Part shown: positions 49,084 to 61,544 of the stretch, in pieces | Layout: each line of letters opens with the position of its first letter | How positions within the stretch are numbered: position 1 is the stretch's first letter | NCBI GenBank assembly: GCA_950097015.1 | Contig: CATNEN010000010.1 | Coordinates: forward strand, 3,287,708 to 3,351,707 | Length of the DNA stretch: 64,000 bases | Origin: Macrostomum hystrix | Lineage: Eukaryota > Animalia > Platyhelminthes | Reading direction: 5' to 3' | Program-made: the position numbers and the translations under genes | Notes under the pieces: generated by a model | Databases searched by the model: none | What the model saw: the letters and a program-made list of their open reading frames with translations, nothing else | What the model was told of the DNA's origin: nothing

Positions 49084-49496
49084 CAATAACTGCGTCTGGA
49101 ATTATTGTCCATCTTTTAGAATTTATACCTTCGAAAGGTTCCGAAAGTCTATTTCTGGTGAATGATTTTGATAACAAAGTTTTATTCTACCATGGTCGCT
49201 TGACAAAATCTAGTTTCGCATTATCTTAGGAAAGTTCATAATTTTTGGTGAAGCGGAAATGATCATATTCTTAAATAATTTTGACTGCAGTTTTTTGTCA
49301 AAATTGTTTTGCAACATAAAAAATTTTATATTCGTTATAAATTCGTTTGTTGATTCGTTTGCTTGTTTAATTGTACGAAAATAGAATAATTTACAATTGA
49401 ATAAATGATGCAATTTAAACGATAATGAGATATTACTGTTGTTTTCCTCTCCTTATAAAAATAACGCCAGAGTAGGTTTCATTTATTACGCACGTC

Positions 49497-51300
49497 TGGG
49501 TTAGATTTATCACACCTGAGCTTGAATTATCACCCCTGAGCTAGATTCATCACACCTGAGCTAGATTTATCACACCTGAGCTAGATTTATCACACCTGAG
49601 CTAGATTTATCACACCTGAGCTAGATTTATCACACCTGAGCTAGATTTATCACACCTGAGCTTGATTTATCAAACCTGAGCTAGATTTATCACACCTGAG
49701 CTAGATTTATCACGCCTGAGCTAGATTTATCACACCTGAGCTAGATTTATCACACCTGAGCTAGATTTATCACACCTGAGCTAGATTTATCACACCTGAG
49801 CTAGATTTATCACACCTGAGCTAGATTTATCACACCTAAGCTAGATTCATCACACCTGAGCTAGATTTATCACGCCTGAGCTAGATTTATCACACCTGAG
49901 CTAGATTTATCACATTTGAGCTAGATTTATCACGCCTGAGCTAGATTTATCACCCCTGAGCTAGATTTATCACGCCTGAGCTAGATCCATCACATCTGAG
50001 CTAGATTTATCACATCTGAGCTAGATTTATCACACCTGAGCTTGATTTATCAAACCTGAGCTATATTAATCACACCTGAGCTAGATTTATCACACCTGAG
50101 CTAGATTTATCACGCCTGAGCTAGATTCATCACACCTGAGCAAGATTTATCACGCCTGAGCTAGATTTATCACGCCTGAGCTAGATTTATCACACCTGAG
50201 CTAGATTTATCACATTTGAGCTAGATTTATCACGCCTGAGCTAGATTTATCACCCCTGAGCTAGATTTATCACGCCTGAGCTAGATCCATCACATCTGAG
50301 CTAGATTTATCACATCTGAGCTAGATTTATCACACCTGAGCTTGATTTATCAAACCTGAGCTATATTAATCACACCTGAGCTAGATTTATCACACCTGAG
50401 CTAGATTTATCACGCCTGAGCTAGATTCATCACACCTGAGCAAGATTTATCACGCCTGAGCTAGATTCATCACACCTGAGCTAGATTTATCACACCTGAG
50501 CTAGATTTATCACACCTGAGCTAGATTTATCACACCTGAGCTAGATTTATCACACCTGAGCTAGATTTATCACACCTAAGCTAGATTCATCACACCTGAG
50601 CTAGATTTATCACGCCTGAGCTAGATTTATCACACCTGAGCTAGATTTATCACATTTGAGCTAGATTTATCACGCCTGAGCTAGATTTATCACCCCTGAG
50701 CTAGATTTATCACGCCTGAGCTAGATTCATCACATCTGAGCTAGATTTATCACATCTGAGCTAGATTTATCACACCTGAGCTTGATTTATCAAACCTGAG
50801 CTATATTAATCAAACCTGAGTTAGATTTATCACGCCTGAGCTAGATTCATCACCCCTGAGCTAGATTCATCACACCTTGAGCTAGATTTATCACGCCTGA
50901 GCTAGATTCATCACATCTGAGCTAGATTTATCACATCTGAGCTAGATTTATCACGCCTGAGCTTGATTTATTACGCAAATCTGGGTTAGATTATCACGCC
51001 TGAGCTAGATTTATCCACCTGAGCTAGATTTATCACGCCTGAGCTAGATTTATCACGCCTGAGCTAGATTTATTACGCACGTCTGGTTTAGATTTATCAC
51101 ACCTGAGCTAGATTTATCATACCTGAGCTTGATTTATCACACCTGAGCTAGATTTATCACGCCCGAGCTAGATTTATCACGCCTGAGCTACATTTATTAC
51201 GCATGAGCTAGATTAATCACAGCTGAGTAGATTCATCAGGCCTGAGATAGATTCATCACACCGGAGTGAGTTTATTGCTCCTGAGCAATATTTATTACGC
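49497..51300. repeat. 20-bp minisatellite (CTAGATTTATCACACCTGAG)n with 300-bp higher-order duplication
   Basis: Period 20; 49861-50160 is identical to 50161-50460. Confidence 0.97.
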
Positions 51301-51559
51301 CACTGCTAGTTTTTTTTTCACACCTGAGCTAGATTTATGATGCATAAGCTAGTGTTTTTCATACCCTAACAAGATTTTTCACTCAGTCTATCTTTTTACA
51401 CCTGAAGTAGATTTTTTCATTACCTTAACAAAATTTTAATATTTCATTGTTTCACCTGAGCAAAATTTTTCACGTCCGGTCTAGTTATTTACTATTTCTT
51501 TTCATTACTTTCAGCGCACGGATAGCAACCCAAATACCTGTGATCCAGCACTTGCGAAA

Positions 51560-54500
51560 ATGGGCTTGTCAGGCCAGCAGCAGCAGAAGCAGCAGCCGCC
51601 TTCATCCTCGTCGTCAGTGTCAACGTCATCCTCAACAACCGCCGCCAGTCTGGGCACTGTGTACTTTGTTGAGCCAATCGGCGGCAGCCTGTACGGCCTG
51701 CTGCGCGAAGCCTTCGGCCTCATCGAAGGCGAGGCCAGCTGCCTGGCCGCCTGGCTGCCGGAAAGTCAGCTGCCAGCCGCCCTGGCCAAACTGCAGCAGC
51801 GTGGCGGCTCCAACAGCCGGGCCTACTTTGTGTTCGAAGAATTTCAGGGCGCCGCCTACGAGAAGGCGGCCGCGGCGCCCGGCTGCCGCCTGTTTGGTGC
51901 CCAGCTGCTGCTGAACTACCTTCGCGAAGACCTGCCGCTGCCCAAATGGGAAGTGCCGCTGTTCTCGGCTGCGCTCAAGGATTTACAGGCTAGTGCAGAT
52001 TTTGTGTCAGTTTGTTTTACTGATTACCTGTAGGTCTTACAAGTAGTTCCTCCTTTTTCTCTAGTGTCTCTTATGTCACAGTTCTATCTCTCCCCTGTAG
52101 CAGGTGTCTCCCCTGTCAACGGTGTCTCCCCTGTCTCCGGTGTCTCCCCTATCACAGGTGTCTCCCCAGATCACAGGTGTCTCCCCTGTCACCGGTGTCT
52201 CCCCAATTACAGGTGTCTTCCTTGTCACAAGTGTCTCCCCTGTCACAGGTGTCTCCCCTATCACAGGTGTCTCCCCTGTCACCGGTGTCTCCCCTATCAC
52301 AGGTGTCTTCCTTGTCACAAGTGTCTCCCCTGTCACAGGTGTCTCCCCTGTCTCCGGTGTCTCCCCTATCACAGGTGTCTCCCCTGTCTCCGGTGTCTCC
52401 CCTATCACAGGTGTCTCCCCTATCACAGGTGTCTCCCCTATCACAGGTGTCTCCCCTATCACAGGTGTCTCGCCTATCACTATCTATCTATCTATTTGCA
52501 GGGGGGCCCGGGGCACTTGTCGCACAAGCGACGGAGCGGCACGCCCCCAGACCGGCGAACTAGGCGCTTTTGCGCCCATCGCGCCGCCTCCCCTGAGCAG
52601 GCACCACACACAGCAGCACAGACCAGCCGGGGAGGGCAGGAGGCACCCAGAATAGGCAGCAGTGTCCCCCACCCCAGCCCCACACGCACATAGCAGACCA
52701 AGCCGGAAGGCTGATAAGAAATCAGTCCTCTGGGGGGGCCGGGTGATGAGTGTACACTTATCCAATCGCGCTGACGGAAGTCCAGAAAGCGCGCGGCGGT
52801 GTACACCCGCACTCCAGCCACCCCCCGCAAGGTCTCACGCCCCAGCGCCAACGCACACAACTCACACAACGCAGAACAGGCACACAGAAAGGTAGGAGCG
52901 AAGCTATTATTTCAAGCTTTGATTGCACGAAATATGGTGCACCTCCGCCGGTCGCTACTGTCCAAACCCCCCAACAAGTCCCGAAATTAATCGTGACTTA
53001 AAGGGTGAATCGAACTAGCGTCCTTTGGAGTGCGAGGCAGCGACGTTAGCCGCTGACCCACTCGCCCCCTTCTCGCCTATCACACGTGTCTCCCCTTTCA
53101 CAGGTGTCTCCCTTGTCACTGGTGCTTCCCACCTTTCGGACATGTCCCTTGTTTCTAGTCTGTAGACACGGCTAATACATGTATATTAATACAGGTAAAA
53201 CATGTATGAATGTATGACAGGTGTTGTCAATTTTGGCTGGTGTGATACTTAAAGCGTATGTTTATCCTTGTGTTAGCCTAATGCGCCACCCGCCACTCGC
53301 TCACCCGCAGATCTCTGTGTCGGGCATCGAAGATCGGTCCGCTGTGAAACGCAAAATACTCATGCTTCACGGCAACTTTCAGCCCGACCTCACCGACGAT
53401 GTCAACGTGCTGATCACCACCTGCACCAATTCCAAGAAATACCTGGTTGCTAAGCAGTTCAATATTCGAGTCCTGCTGCCCGAATGGCTTGACGCCCTGC
53501 TGGTCTGGTCCCGGAACCACAGCCCGGTTGAGCCCTTTGGCCTGCCGGACTTCAGCAAGTACGTTGTGCCACCATTTCACAATGTCACAGCTACCACAAC
53601 CAATTTTGAGCCGGCCGAGAAGAATTTGATCCAGCGCCTGATTGAGAAGAACGGCGGCCGCTACAACCGGCTCATTGGTTATTGGCGAGTGCACCCACCT
53701 CATTGTGAGCCGGCCCACCGGACAGAAGTTCCAGTACGCTCGCAACTGGAAAGTGAACTGCGTCAGCATGCAATGGGTGGTGGACAGCGACCGCAAGCAG
53801 TGCTGCCTGGACATTGCCGACTACCTGGTCACGGAGGACGCCAAGGCTGGCGCCAAGCCCAGCAACAGTTCCACTCCGGACAAGCAGCGAATGCCGCTGA
53901 CTGGCAAGGCCGCGCCCGATGTCAGCTGCCTGCTGGACCCGGACCGGACTCGCGTCAACGAGACGGTGTCCGTCGGCGCTGGGGAGCGCTCCGTCTGCTA
54001 TCCGTCATCCACTTCTGTGGCCGCTGTCGGACCTGTCGACAAGGAGAACAACTTCAGGGTGCCGGAGCCACCGCCACAGCCGCTTCGAGAGCTTCGCCTG
54101 CTGATCGCTTGCGGTCAGCCGGCTGAAATCCAACGCCTAGCGCTGATTGCGCGTCAACTCGGTGCCCAAGTTGCTTCAGCTGCCGCCGCGGCTTCCAATG
54201 TCGACGGCGAGGTAGACGTTGCCGTTGTGCTGGAAGCTGACCGGCTGGACGAGTTGCCGTCGGCCTTTCGATCCGGTGTCTTGGTGTCCAAGCAGTGGCT
54301 GCTGGATTGCTCCGAGAAGCAGCGACGCTTGGCCTGCGAGTCCTATGCGTTGCTATGGCGACAGCAGCAGTCGGCCACCGATGTGAATGATGTCAGTCAG
54401 AACCGGGACGCTGACGAGACCACGGTGAATCGCACGGCGATTGCCGCGAACGCAGCTGCGGCTGAAATGCTGGAGGAAAGCCTTAACATTCTGTGCGACT

Positions 54501-57440
54501 ATGTCCGAGAGGAGGAGGCGCAGCGGCAGCAGCAGCAACAAGAGGCTGATTGTGAAGAGGCAGATGAGGAGACCCAGCTGCCGCAGGCGCAAATGTCTGT
54601 AGCTGAAATGTCCACAGCTGCAGGCGTCATACCGGAGACGGAGCCCGCTGACGAGGCCGAAAATGGCGCTCCAGACACCCAGACATTCCTGGCCGGCCGT
54701 CGGGTTGGCATCCTCGGCCTGGAGCCGGCGGCTGCCTCAGCGGCTGCCCGAACCATCGCCCGGCTTGGCGGTCAGCTTGCCTCAGATTCCGACTCCGCTG
54801 CCGAGCTGGACGTTGCTGTACTGCCTGTTGTCTATCAACGAGGCAGCGGCGGAGCCAGTGAGGCCTGCCTACTCGCGGCTGACGAGCTCGTGACGGACGC
54901 TTGGCTAGCGGACTGCATTGAAGGTCCCGCAGTGCTGCTCGTGGATCCGGACTCAGAACCCTGGTACCGGCCCAGTGTCCTGCCTGCTGGCGCCTCTTCT
55001 AGGCCGCTGTCCGGCGTTGTACTGTGCGTCAGCGGCTTCGAAGTTCGAGATCGGGAGCGCGTGGCGGCTCTGGGCCGCGGCCTGGGCGCCATTGTACAGG
55101 ACAATCTGAGCAGGGTGAGCAAGCCAGACAGACAGCTTCGCATCACCACCCACCTGGTGCTGGCAGCCGCGAACGGGCAGAAATACTCTGCCGCCATGAG
55201 CTGGGGCAGCGTCCAGTGCGTCAGCAAGCACTGGCTGGGCGAGTGCGGCCGGCTCGGACGACGCGCGCCGGAGATCGAATTTCACATCGACTCGCTGGCC
55301 GCCTACGAGGAACGAAAGCGTCGGGAGGCCGCCGCTGCTGCAGCAATGTCCGCAAACTCAATGTCATCAGCGGCTGCGGCAACAACAACGGCTGTTGCTA
55401 TGGCAACGTCTACGATGGCTTCCGACTGCGTCCTGCCCGCAACCCAGCCATCTCCGATGCAGCAGCATCGGCAGGCCCAGCCGGTCAATCCTAATCGAGC
55501 AGCCATGGACAGCCCCAGTGTGTTCCTCCACAGCGGCTACCGGCCTCGCTTCGATCTGCAGGCCCTGAGCGCCGCCCTGCGCAGCCCGGCGCCCGGACCT
55601 CCTGCCGGCACGCCAGACTCGGTGCAATACGCCCGAGCCAGAAGAAACATTCGCCAGACCTGCCGGGCCCAGGGCAAGCGGGAGCTGCTGGCCCTGCTAC
55701 CGCCTCAGTCATCGGCTGCGGGCAACGCAGCTTCGTCAGCCGCTTCGTCTGTAGCCGAAGCCAACGGCGGCTTCGCCACGCCGCAGACGCCGCAGCAGGC
55801 GGCCGGCCTCCTGTCCGGGGTCACTGTCTACCTGAGCACTCGCCTGGGCGTCCAGAGATCCCGACTTGCCCAGATCGCCGAGTCCTTGGGCGCCCGGTCT
55901 CGCTGGCAGTGGGATCCGCGCTCTTGCACCCACTTCGTCTCCGAAGGTCCGCCAGCCCAGGATGCCGAGCTTCGCCGGGCGATGCAGCCAACGTCGCCGT
56001 CGTCAGCGTCACCCCGTCTAGTCAGCCCGGCCTGGCTGCTGCAGTGCAAACGGCTGCGGCGGCGACTTGACGAGCGCGACTTCCAGCCAACGACCGATTC
56101 AGCGACCACGCCGCAGACTGGACAGACTCCGGTGCAGAGCCGGCACAACCGCCACCGCCACCACCACAACCCACCTCATTCCAATGCGCCTCAGCTAGAG
56201 AGACGAGAGTCGCGAGCCAGCCTTCAAGAGCTCAGCAGCAAACTCGACTGCTTTGGTGGAGTCGGAGGCGACAGGGGCGTCACAGATGATGCTGATGCGT
56301 TTGATGGTGCTGGTTCGCATCTGCTGCCGCACCCGCCGGTGCTGCAGCAGCCCCCGCTGCCGACAGTCGCCTGGCTCAGAATCGCGCGCGCCAGCTGCTG
56401 GACACTGAGCCCGATGACCCAGCCATCGGCGGTCCCGAGCTCGCCGGCTCAATCGCCCCAGCCTCGTCGGCTGTTGGAGTCGCAACCGCTACAGTCGCCT
56501 CCGCCAGCGCATCGGCTGCATCCGCCGCTGCCGCCGCTGCTGTTCGACCTCACGAGCCACTGCTAGTTGGTTGGCGCTACACCGACTCGGATGGCGCCGC
56601 CCCCCGCCGCAGCCGCCTCCGCCCTGCCTGCTCAAGCCGCCGCCGCAGCCGCCTCCGACCGAACCGCCTCGCCTCTTCCAGCTGACCGGCCTGAGCGGCC
56701 CCGAGCGCGACCGACTGGTCAGCCAGATTGCCTGCCTCGGTGGCTCCCTGGTCTCGGCCGAGTCTGACGATCCCACTCACCTTGTCTGCGGTCGCCTATC
56801 GCGCAACGAGAAGCTGCTCCGCTGCGCCGCTGCTGGCCGCTGGGTTCTCCGCTCCGGCTACGTGGAAGCCTCGGCCAGAGCCGGCCGCTGGCTGCCAGAG
56901 GAGCCCTACGAGTGGGGCAGCGGCGCCTCCGCTGACGCCACCGCTGATGCTGAGACCCGCGCCCTGGCGTCTGCCTGCCGTCGCTGGCGCCAGCGCGGCG
57001 GTCGGGCATTTCGCGACTGGCGCGTCGCCCTGCTCTGCCCGCCGGACAAGCTGGCCAGCTTTCGCCGACTGCTGGAGGCTGGCGGCGGCCGGGTCATCTT
57101 CGAGGGCCCGAATTACCAGCTGGCCGCCTCCTCCGGTCTCACCCACGCCTTCTGCCAGCGCGGCAACTACGCCGGCTGCGCAGACACGCTGGCCGGCACC
57201 GGCGCCCACCTGGCCTGGCTGCGCATCGACTTTATCGCCGCCCACCTCGTTGACGAGAAGCCGCCGGATGCGGCGTCCTACCGACTGCCGACTGTCAGGA
57301 AGCGGCAGGGCGGAGGCGGCGGCAGCGGCGGTGGAGCCGACGATGACGAGCTGAGCGACTCGACATCGACGACTTCCAGTGCTCGAGACGGCGGCGGTTC
57401 CGTGGCCACCCGAGCGTCGAAACGAATTCGTCGGCGTTAA
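51560..57440 (+). CDS. TOPBP1: DNA topoisomerase II-binding protein 1 (TOPBP1/Mus101/Rad4) orthologue, three apparent frameshifts
   Basis: Exons 51560-51988 and 53311-57440. Nine BRCT-like units in the canonical order (BRCT0 FVFEEFQG..GCRLFGAQ; BRCT1 SKKYLVA..LLPEWL; BRCT2 CTHLIV..GQKFQYARNW; BRCT5 LSGVVLCVSGF; BRCT6; BRCT7/8 LSRNEKLL..AAGRWVL). Indels at ~53667 (+C), ~56351-56355 (-C), ~56600-56605 (-C); corrected length about 1519 aa. Confidence 0.92.
52085..52480. repeat. 18-bp intronic minisatellite (ACAGGTGTCTCCCCTATC)n, resuming at 53071-53120
   Basis: Direct reading; interrupted by a SINE insertion. Confidence 0.93.
52481..53070 (-). mobile_element. ~590-bp tRNA-headed SINE (family C) with (ATAG)n tail and 13-bp TSD
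   Basis: 5' GGGGGCGAGTGGGTCAGCGG (A box)...AGTTCGATTCA (B box); 3' CAAATAGATAGATAGATAG; TSD TCTCGCCTATCAC at 52468-52480 and 53071-53083. Confidence 0.8.
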
Positions 57441-58365
57441 TCATATCGTACAAAAAATGCGCGCTACTTACTACTTACTGCGCTACTTGTAGGTCAGTAG
57501 TGTCGATGCGCATTTTCTTTAATTTTTGCAGAAGATTTTAACCTTAAATTAGAGACTCATTCTAATATTGAAATCCTATTTTAAAATGCGCAAGCATGCC
57601 TGTATTTGACTATTTTATTTTGTACTTGTATTTTATTTTTAACTGTGCTGTCATGTGTTTGGACAGCGCAGTTGACTTCCAATGCCCTCTGCCTTCGATA
57701 GTAAATCTAAGAAGCTATTTCTAATAGCTCTATTTTTAAGTTGAAAATATTTTTGTTCACAATGGCTCAGTTTCGCAGTTTAGCTTAGCATATTACTACA
57801 AGTAATATAGTTTACAGCATAGTTTGCAACATTCTAACCAGTCTATTTGAATGGCATTTTCAGTTTTTTATCTTGTTATTTGAGACTGTGAGGGGGCTAA
57901 ATTTTCATGAATACTTTTCCATTGTTGGTCAGTTATTTATTTTTCTATTCCCATTTTCTTTTTTGTGCACTCTAAACTGTATTGAATAGTTTCAACTGGT
58001 GTTTTACTGCTAAAAAATTGTGCTTTTATTTGCTCTCTTTGGGTGCTCGCCAGAAGATTTCAGGCCAATGTGTCAATCTCTTCTTATATTTGTGCAATTT
58101 TCACTTTCTCGCGTATTGCTGCGTTTAAATGAAATTAAATAATCTCCTGAACCACACCCTCTACACCCGGTTTGTCTATCATTTTACAATTCCCCTTAAG
58201 AGTAACAAAATATGCGTTTTCTAAGCTTGTCATTTTTTTTCTCTAGATATTTTGCAATCAAAATCATAAACTCTTTAATCAAACCCTGCCTTGGCCACCG
58301 AAATTCGCTTTTCCTATTTTTTTTCTTACCGTAACATGGCTCAGTAAAAATTAATTGATCCTGGC

Positions 58366-59562
58366 ATTAGTAGTGCTGATATCAGGGATTAGTAGTGCTG
58401 AGATCAGGGATTAGTAGTGCTGAGATCAGGGATTAGTAGTGCTGAGATCAGGGATTAGTAGTGCTGAGATCCAGGGATTAGTAGTGCTGAGATCAGGGAT
58501 TAGTAGTACTGAGATCAGGGATTAGTAGTGCTGAGATCAGGGATTAGTAGTGCTGAGATCAGTGATTAGTAGTGCTGAGATCAGTGATTAGTAGTGCTGA
58601 GATCAGGGATTAGTAGTGCTGATATCAGGGATTAGTAGTGCTGAGATCAGGGATTAGTAGTGCTGAGATCAGGGATTAGTAGTGCTGATATCAGGGATTA
58701 GTAGGTGCTGAGATCAGGGATTAGTAGTGCTGAGATCAGGGATTAGTAGTGCTGAGATCAGGGATTAGTAGTGCTGAGATCAGGGATTAGTAGTGCTGAG
58801 ATCAGGGATTAGTAGTGCTGAGATCAGGGATTAGTAGTGCTGAGATCAGGGATTAGTAGTACTGAGATCAGGGATTAGTAGTGCTGAGATCAGGGATTAG
58901 TAGTGCTGAGATCAGTGATTAGTAGTGCTGAGATCAGTGATTAGTAGTGCTGAGATCAGGGATTAGTAGTGCTGATATCAGGGATTAGTAGTGCTGAGAT
59001 CAGGGAATTAGTAGTGCTGAGATCAGGGATTAGTAGTGCTGATATCAGGGATTAGTAGTGCTGAGATCAGGGATTAGTAGTGCTGAGATCAGGGATTAGT
59101 AGTGCTGAGATCAGGGATTAGTAGTGCTGATATCAGGGATTAGTAGTGCTGAGATCAGGGATTAGTAGTGCTGAGATCAGGGATTAGTAATGCTGAGATC
59201 AGGGATTAGTAGTGCTGAGATCAGGGATTAGTAGTGCTGAGATCAGGGATTAGTAGTGCTGAGATCAGTGATTAGTAGTGCTGAGATCAGGGATTAGTAG
59301 TGCTGAGATCAGGGATTAGTAGTGCTGAGATCAGGGATTAGTAGTGCTGATATCAGGGATTAGTAGTGCTGAGATCAGGGATTAGTAGTGCTGAGATCAG
59401 GGATTAGTAATGCTGAGATCAGGGATTAGTAGTGCTGAGATCAGGGATTAGTAGTGCTGAGATCAGGGATTAGTAGTGCTGAGATCAGTGATTAGTAGTG
59501 CTGAGATCAGGGATTAGTAGTGCTGAGATCAGGGATTAGTGGTGCTGAGATCAGGGATTAGA
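58366..59562. repeat. 22-bp minisatellite (GGGATTAGTAGTGCTGAGATCA)n
   Basis: Direct reading; period 22. Confidence 0.97.
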
Positions 59563-59924
59563 GTACTCGGGAGTTATCAGGACCAGGGAATAGGAGTATT
59601 AACATCATTCAATAGGTCCTAGTCATTGCGATCCATTGATTATTATGTTTTCTAAAAACCCAGCATTAATCTCTAACTGTTTCAGTCTATCCGTCACAAC
59701 TCGATGCTGAACCGCCTCTGGCCAGCGGGTCCTGACAGGCGGCGGCAGCGGCGGAGGCAGCAGCGCCGGCTTCTTCAGGGCTGCCAGAATCGTTTCTGGC
59801 GCCGCCAGACTTTCAGGTAGAAAAAAGGATGCCACGGAGGCCACTGTATTACTGGCAGTAGTATGCTAGTAGCATATCTGTCAAACCAACGCATCATCCA
59901 ATTCTCCCATTCCCGACGCAACAG

Positions 59925-61507
59925 GTCAATCCAAGCGTGCTAATCGACTCCTACCTGGAGTGGCCGGTCCGCCTGCTGGGCTCCCTGTCTGGTGTGCGCA
60001 GCAATCGGGACATCAGCAACCGGGCCTACCTGCTCAGCTTGGTAGACTCAATCGAGCGCGGTGTCCGCGGCTCCAGAGCTCCGCCAGTTGACGCCCTGCT
60101 CAGCCTCAGCGTGTCGGGCGTGAGGCTTGAGCGCCGGCCGCCGCCGACGCCGCCGCAACAGCAACAGCAAGCTGCAGCAGCCGTCCCAGCCAGATGTGCT
60201 GCTCAGGGTGCCTGTCTCCCAGCTACTCGCTGTCGCCTACGTTCGAGACTCCGACAGGCACCTGCTGGCTCTGCACTTCAGCCCTGACGCTGCGGGTACT
60301 AGCCAGCTCTGCGCAATGGCTGTCTATGCCAGGATTCACGCTCAGGTTAGTCTGTGAAAGGAAATGCTCTTAACCAGGCTAACCGGTGTTTGTGGATGTC
60401 AACCAGGCTAACCGGTGTTGGGGTTGTCAGCCAGGCTAACCGGTGTTTGTGGATGTCAACCAGGCTAACCGGTGTTGTGGATGTCAACCAGGCTAACCGG
60501 TGTTGGGGTTGTCAGCCAGGCTAACCGGTGTTGTGGATGTCAACCAGGCTAAACGGTGTTGTGGATGTCAACCAGGCTAAACGGTGTTGTGGATGTCAAC
60601 GAGGCTAATCGGTGTTCTGGATGTCAACCAGGCTAACCGGTGTTGTGGATGTCAACCAGGCTAACCGGTGTTGGGGTTGTCAGCCAGGCTAACCGGTGTT
60701 GTGGATGTCAACCAGGCTAAACGGTGTTGTGGATGTCAACCAGGCTAAACGGTGTTGTGGATGTCAACGAGGCTAATCGGTGTTCTGGATGTCAGCCAGG
60801 CTAACCGGTGTTGTGGATGTGACCAGGCTAACCGGTGTTGGGGTTGTCAACCGTAAATGACGTGCTGAGGCCAAGCCGTTAATCAATTTCAGCAAGTTAC
60901 TCCTTGTTTGTGCCTTTGTCTAGGAGGCCTGCGCGGTGGCCCGTCAGCTGCTGCAGCTGGCCTACACGGAGGCCACTCTGGAATTCTTCGACCGGGCTCT
61001 GGGCGGCGCCGCTTCAACAACTTCCGGCGCTCCGTCAGCTTCAGGCGCTTCAATCCTCGGCGTGCCCGGCGCTGGCAGCGGGGAGTCAAACGCCACCCCT
61101 GTGACATCGGACAACCAGCAGTCCGGTGTTCAACAGGCGGGACAGTCCCCAGGAGGCGGTCAGCAGCCTAGCTGGCAGCCTGGCCTCAAGCCTCACCAAG
61201 CAGGAGCTGGTACTGTTCGGTCAGCTGTTCAGTCCTGGTCCTCCGGCGCCTCCTCCTTCTCTGGCAGTGTCAGGCCCCAGCTGGAGCGCCTGTTCCCGGC
61301 CGAGCGCAGCCACCTCCTGCTAGGCCTCCGGCCCTTCATTCCAGCCAGGGACCAGGCGGCTTTCGACGACTTCCTGCACGACAGGGGGCTGCGACCGTCC
61401 GGCTACAGCCGCTCGGTCAGCATCGGCAGCACCGCCAGCAGCGGTCCGCAGTCGCGACTCCAGCGAGATCGACATGGATCAGGCCCTCGGCTCCATCGTA
61501 TGCTCAG
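59925..61507 (+). CDS. CCM2: Cerebral cavernous malformations 2 (malcavernin) orthologue, partial model with several frameshifts
   Basis: Exons 59925-60345 and 60924-61507; a further exon likely starts at 62634; first exon unresolved. PTB domain (VLIDSYLEWPVRLLGSL, DALLSLS, DVLLRVPV..LLAVAYVRD, QLAYTEATLEFFDRA) and harmonin-homology domain (LTKQELVLFGQL, LLLGLRPFIPARDQAAFDDFL). Confidence 0.8.
60373..60852. repeat. 28-bp intronic minisatellite (ACCAGGCTAACCGGTGTTGTGGATGTCA)n
   Basis: Period 28. Confidence 0.94.
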
Positions 61508-61544
61508 GTGCGCTGGTGTACTGCCGTGTAGTCTAGCCAATGCC

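Noticed and set aside
54648-54662. CTGACGA-GGCC-GAAA hammerhead-like core
   Set aside because: No loop for stem II, no stem I/III pairing, and it encodes ADEAEN in TOPBP1.
46311-56605. Programmed ribosomal frameshifting in ACAA2 or TOPBP1
   Set aside because: No X XXY YYZ slippery sites or stimulatory structures, mixed directions, and essential conserved genes; assembly indels are far simpler.
59704-59860. Candidate first exon(s) of CCM2 (ATG 59704; RRPLY motif at ~59835)
   Set aside because: Cannot be joined in phase to 59925 without assuming extra indels; left unresolved.
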